Of a stretch of DNA of 64,000 nucleotides, positions 57,512-64,000 are shown in pieces; within the stretch, counting starts at the first letter, position 1, and every line of letters starts with the position of its first letter. The DNA is taken from NCBI GenBank assembly GCA_022605425.2, contig JAKIMF020000004.1:434001-498000 (forward strand), given 5' to 3'. The position numbers and the translations under genes are program-made. The notes under the pieces were generated by a model. It made no database searches, had not been told where the DNA came from, and was given only the letters and a program-made list of their open reading frames with translations. The DNA is from Hamiltosporidium tvaerminnensis FI-OER-3-3. Taxonomy: Eukaryota > Fungi > Microsporidia.

Positions 57512-60500
57512 CTACCCCACCCTCTCTTTTATACCCTCCATCCACTCTTTAACCCCTTCAAACACATCCTCCCAAAACACATCATCCTCAACATCACAAC
57601 ACATCTTAATATTACCAAACACAGTAAATAAAGAATTAAAGAAATTCTTACCAATAAAATATTTTTCATATTTCATAAGGTTTAACATATAAACAATAAT
57701 TAAATATATTATTTTATAAATACCTCTTCTATACACAATAACACCTTCACTATTACACACCAATATTTCATAACCTCTAAACTCAAAGTAATTATCCTTA
57801 TTATAGGGTTTGTTATTATTGGTATTAGTATTAGGTTTGTTATTAGGTTTGTTATTATACTTAGTATTTGGTTTGTTATAATCCTTAGTATTAGGTTTGT
57901 TGTTATCCTTATTACTCTTATTATCCTTATTACTATCCTTACTCTTACTACTACCACCATCCTTACTCTTACCACCATCCCCACTACTACTACCCCTACT
58001 ACTACCACCATCCCTACCACCATCCCCACCCCCACCCCTACACCCACTCCCACTACTATTCAAATCTATATCCTTGTTGTTAATCCATATAGGTATCATA
58101 AAACTATCATAACACTTATCAATACCAAAAACACCAACAACATCCACACATCCATCTCTACACAATATAACATATTTCTTACCACTTCTTATCTTTATTC
58201 TAACACTTTTATTACTTTCAAAACATATTAAAGACATATTACTTGAATTCTTATTTTTATATACTCTTAACACCCATTCACTACCACTTAATACTCTTAA
58301 TATACCAGGTATTACCATTTGTATATTAAAAGTACTTTTATTATAATTATAACAGTCTAAAATACCTAAACTATATTTTATATTTAAAGGAAAATAACAA
58401 GGAATAGAAGAGATAACAAAGGGGGTATTAGTATTTATGGTGGGGGTGATGGTGGGGGTATTTAATATGTTATTATCCTTGGTATTATCTTTGTTGTTAT
58501 TAGTATTATTATTACTACCCTTATCACTATAATACTTATCACTATAATACTTACCACCATACCTACTACTATCACCCACACCACTATCCACACCACTATC
58601 ACCCACACCCACACCACCACCTCCACCACCTCCACACCCACACCTCTCTACATCTAATACTCTACACTCTAAACACCCACAACACTTACAATACATAACA
58701 ATCTCTTCTCTAACAATAAACTTATTAACAAATATCATAAAAAAATTATCATTATTACTTAAAATACTATAATTTAAAACTCCTCTTAAATCTATATCAA
58801 TTAACACCCTATTATTTATAATAATATTATTATTATAATTAAGACCTTTTAATATATAATAAGATATTTTTTTAAGTAATAAAGGGTCATAAACCATTAA
58901 ATTACCTTTAACACAGTACCTAGAGACAAGACTATCATTAGTGTTATTAGTATGTGTATTAGTATTATTATTATCTTTAGTGTTGTTATTATCTTTAGTG
59001 TTGTTAGTATTATTATCATTGTTATTATTATCATTGTTATTATCTTTAGTAATACCCTTACTACCATCACCCTTATTACCATCACCCTTATTACCCTTAC
59101 TACTACTATCCTTACTACTACCACCCTTACTATCATCACCCCCATCACCCTTACTACTATCCTCATCCTCTACCCTATCCTCACCTTCATTACCACATAT
59201 ACACTTACCTACACATATACACTTATCATTACACATATAAGCACTATCAATATATACATCAACATGCTTATCCCTAAGACCAACCCTAACCCTATTAGTA
59301 TTATTAGTATTATTATTAGTATTATTAGTATGGTTGTTGTTATTAGTAGTATGGTTGTTGTTATTATTAGTATGGTTGTTATTATTATTAGTATGGTTGT
59401 TGTTATCTTTACCCTTAATATCCTTACCCTTATTATCCTTACCCTTAATATCCTTACTACTACCCTTAATATCTTTAGTATTACTACCCTTAATATCCTT
59501 ATTACTACTACCACCCCCATCACTACCACCCCCATCATCACATCTACTTATATACTTCTTAAATATATAATTATTAAAACACATCTTTTCTATAAATCTT
59601 TTAAATGTAAAACTATCTTTTTTAATTAATATATTATTAATAATATAAGTAATATTAGATATATTAATTGTATTATTATTATATTTTAAATATATCTTAT
59701 CTATTCCTTTATCAAATAATAATTCATTATAGATTAAGACTAGTTTGTAATGTAGAATGGGTGTATTATTATTGGGTGTATTGTTGTTGGGTGTATTGTT
59801 GTTGGGTGTATTGTTGTTGGGTGTGTTAGTATATGTGTTAGTATATGTGTTAGTATATGTGTTAGTATATGTGTTAGTACTAGAGTTAGTATATGTGTTA
59901 TTATATGTGTTAGTACTAGCACTAGTACCACCAGAAGTATATCTGTTACATTCCTTATACTTCTCAAATCGTCTCTTAAATATATTTATGTCAAAGTAAT
60001 TCTTTTTAAAAAATACTTTTCCTAATACTTTACCTTCATATTTCATAACAAGGAATATATTAGACCAAGAGATTCTAAGGCCACGAGTAGAAATGGGGGT
60101 GTTATTAGTAGGGGAGTTAGTAGTAGTAGTGATGTTGTTAGTAGTAGTAGTATCACTTAGAGGGTGATAAGTATTAGTAGTGTTGATATACCCCTGTTGT
60201 TTACTACTACTAGTATTAACACCCTGTTGTTGATTAGTACTAGTATTAACACCCTGTTGTTTATTAGTAGTAGTATTAACACCCTGTTGTTTATTAGTAG
60301 TAGTGTTAACACCCTGTTGTTTATTAGTAGTAGTATTAACACCCTGTTGTTTATTAGTAGTAGTATTAACACCCTGTTGTTTATTAGTACTGGTATTATC
60401 ACCCTGTTGTTTATTAGTAGTAGTATTAACACCCTGTTGTTTATTAGTAGTAGTGTTAACACCCTGTTGTTTATTAGTAGTAGTATTAACACCCTGTTGT

Positions 60501-63500
60501 TTATTAGTAGTAGTATTAACACCCTGTTGTTTATATATACTGTTACTATCACCCTGTTGTTCGTCTATACTGTTACTAACACCCTGTTGTTCATCTATAC
60601 TTTTACTAACACCCTGTTGTTCATCTATACTTTTACTAACACCCTGTTGTTGATTAGTACTAGTATTATCACCCTGTTGTTCATGTATACTGTTACTAAC
60701 ACCCTGTTGTTTACTACTACTAGTATTATCACCCTGTTGTTTACTACTACTAGTATTATCACCCTTATAACCCTCATACTCCTTACTAACACAGTTACTA
60801 ATACCCTCTACTATATTAATACCCTTTATATCACTAGTGTTACTAATTGGTAGTGTTATACCTATATTTATAAGTGAATACCCTTTAACAGTCCTATGAC
60901 CTCTTACCTTAAGACTAACACCACTATAATCATAAGTGTTATTGTTATCGTTAGTAGTATGGTTAGTAGTAGTATTGTTAGTATCATTGTTAGTAGTATG
61001 GTTAGTATTATTGTTAGTAGTATTGGTAGTAGTATTGTTAGTATTACAGTTAGTAGTAAAAGGGTTATTACCTTTACTTACACACTTACTATCCCTACTA
61101 CTATTACTATTACTATCACCCCCTAACATACTATTATAACCTATAATATCATAAACTGTATTATATTCTATACCCTTATCACTACTATAACACCTACACA
61201 TAGGTATTCTATCACTATAAGGTATACAATTATTTAATATAATATTATTACATTTATAACATGTCTTAATATTAGTAGATAAATCAGATTCTTTTGTTAT
61301 AAAATATTCTGTTTTATAAATATTATTGTTACAGTCATTACATACATTATTGTTAAGTGTAGTAGTGGTAGTAGAGGTAGAGGTAGAGGGGTGTTGTTTA
61401 TTAGTACTGGTAATAAGGGGGTGTTGTTTATTAGTATTGTTACTAACACCCTGTTGTTCATTACTACTGTTATTAACACCCTTATAATTACTATCCTACT
61501 GTTACTAACACCCTGTTGTTCATAACTACTGTTACTATCACCCTCTAACACATCTTTATCATTAACACCCTTAACTAATATATACATATTTTTAAATAAC
61601 GCCTCTATACATTTACTAACACTACTACTATTAGATAAACTATTAATACTTATATAATTAAAACCCTTTAACTTACTATAATCTATTATATTTATACGTA
61701 TAACACCCATTACACATTTCCTATTAATCCAATACCTGTTATTTGTACAACCTATCAGTAATTTAAGAGGGTCTGTATTTATAACAGCTAAGGTACTTGT
61801 GTTAGTTAGTATGGTTTTAGTAGTACTGTTATTATTAGTAGTGTTATATACTTCATTATTGTTATACATACTACTATCCCTACTTATATACTTACTACTA
61901 TCCCTATTTATATATTTACTTCTATTCTTATTCTTCTTATTTCTTATAATTCTCTTTTTAAGTCTTTTAATTCTATTCTTAGAGATACTTATGGTGTTAG
62001 TAGAGTCATAATCAGTAGTATCATAGATAACACCCCTTTTTTTATTACTATTAGTAGTAGTAGTGTTAAGAGGGTTTTGCTTATTAGTAGTAGTGTTAAG
62101 AGGGTGATAAGTATTAGTAGTAGTGTTAACAGGGTTTTGCTTATTAGTAGACTGGTTAACACCCTGTTGTTTACTAGTACTGTTACTAACACCTTGTTGT
62201 TTACTAGTACTGTTACTAACACCTTGTTGTTTATTAGTAGTATTGTTAACACTCTGTTGTTCATTACTACTGTTACTAACACCTTGTTGTTTATTAGTAG
62301 TATTGTTAACACCCTCTAATCTATCCTTATTACTAACACCTTTTATATCCTTATAATTACTAGTAGTGTTATTAACACCCTCTAACCCATCTCTATCATT
62401 AACACCCCCATTACTACTATTACATATAATAACATCCCCCACCCTATTCTCCACCTTACCACCACTACTACATATAACACCCTCTGTCCCTTCAATACTA
62501 AATCTAAGACTAGGTATATTAACAGTAAATATAATATTTGGTACATTCTTATTAAAATTAAATATTTCTTTTAATTTATTATTTATATGTGTATCTGTAC
62601 ATAATTTAAATATCAAATTATTTATATCTTCTATACCAATAAGTTTTAAATTACAATAATCTAATAACTGAGATAGTATATCAATAAAGGTATTGGTAGT
62701 AGTGTTGTTAACACCCTGTTGTTCATTAGTACTGTTAATAGTGTTATTAACACCCTGTTGTTCATTAGTACTGTTAATAGTGTTGTTAACACCCTGTTGT
62801 TCACTACTACTATAGTTAACACCCTGTTGTTCACTATTACTGTTAATAGTGTTGTTAACACCCTTATAATCATCCCTACTATTATTAACACCCCTATAAT
62901 CACTATACTTATTATTAACACCTGTTACATACTCATATGTTATTCTACTTGTATATCCAGTGTTAATATTAACAAGTGGATATTTAACAGTTGTAGTATT
63001 ACGTTCTATCTTAGTATTAAGATATATTAATCCTTTATTTAAATCTATAATACCTTTACGTAATGTAATAGTAAATATAAAGTAATTTATATATATTTTT
63101 ATATTAAAATTTTTAGATGTAAATATAATGTTTGGGTTATTTCTTATGTTTATAACTGTACGTAAATAAAGGGTGTTATTTATACAAGTAAAGGTATTAG
63201 AAATAAGGGTAGTAGTAGTGTTAGTATGATTATTAGTATGGTTGTTGTTAATATGGTTGTTGGTGTTATTTACATCACTGTCAACTAAAGGGGTGTTATT
63301 ATCTGTACTGTCAGTTAATGGGGTGTTATAACCTGTACTGTCAGTTAATGGGGTGTTATTACCTGTACTGTCAGTTAATGGGGTGTTATTACCTGTATTG
63401 TCTGTTAATGGGGTGTTATTTACACAGCCCTCTACCAATGGGGTGTTAACTACACTACTATCTACTAACGGTATTTCTCTTCCATTTCCATTTTCTATAT

Positions 63501-63999
63501 AATTATTACCTTTTATAGAGGCAATAGGTTTATTAAACATATAAAGGGTTTTATCTTTATATATTACAGACATAACACTTAACAATAAAGATAAAGGTGT
63601 ATCACATATAGGTTGTATAATAATAGGAGTGTTAAGTTTCTTAATAAGTAATTCAAAACTATAAACTGTTAAATATGTATTTATCTTTATACCTTGTTTG
63701 TATAATAATACTTGTAAAGTACCAATACCATATACTGAGTTAAAGGGTGTTGTTAATATGTCGGTATTGATAACAGGGTGTTGTTTATTAGTATTGGTGA
63801 TAACAGGGTGTTGTTTATTAGTATTGGTGATAACAGGGTGTTGTTCATTACTCTTATTACTAACACCGTGTTGTTTAGTACTAGTGTTACTAACACCCTC
63901 TGATCTATCCTTATTATTAACACCCTCTAATCTATCCTCTACTATATTAACACCCTCTAATCTATCCTCTACTATATTAACACCCTTATAATCATTACT
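57512..63999 (-). CDS. Very large low-complexity protein (>2100 aa, 5' end outside the window); ORFs 57512-61201 and 61297-63585 joined across one frameshift
   Basis: The frame is open from 63999. Adding one base at ~61495 (CTATCCTACT versus CTATCCCTACT elsewhere in the gene) reads through in frame into the ATG at 61201. N/T/G/S tracts and (N/E)KQQGV(N/S) repeats separate beta-rich globular islands. Confidence 0.75.
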
Positions 64000-64000
64000 C

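Noticed and set aside
57709-63991. Many alternative-frame and antisense ORFs (poly-L/V/I, LTPCC repeats)
   Set aside because: Shadow ORFs of the low-complexity minus-strand gene.

Overview
Very AT-rich eukaryotic DNA with apparently intronless genes and a CCC motif just upstream of most start codons. This fits a large-genome microsporidian; the QQGVN low-complexity protein suggests Hamiltosporidium (inference). Housekeeping genes: SMC2 (3' part), RAD4/XPC, MED18, SRP54, tubulin cofactor D (split by two frameshifts), a subtilisin, an RPF1-like Brix protein, tRNA dimethylallyltransferase and a cullin. Lineage-specific genes: a family of signal-peptide + putative BTB-like + LRR proteins (two intact, at least one broken), two other secreted proteins, a type I membrane protein and a >2100-aa low-complexity protein running off the right end. 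Intergenic DNA is full of mobile-element relics: RLE-type non-LTR retrotransposon fragments, a hAT MITE nested in one of them, a 2.1-kb integrase DNA transposon containing a 48-bp RTE insertion with a perfect 14-bp TSD, and a bipartite RTE-derived element. The top finding is an unrecognised ~716-nt non-coding element present as five near-full copies and two partial ones. It has a 14-bp TSD, a 31-nt block identical in four copies, and helices with G-U tolerant and compensatory changes, so it is a candidate mobile structured RNA. All comparisons were made by eye; no searches or folding programs were run.
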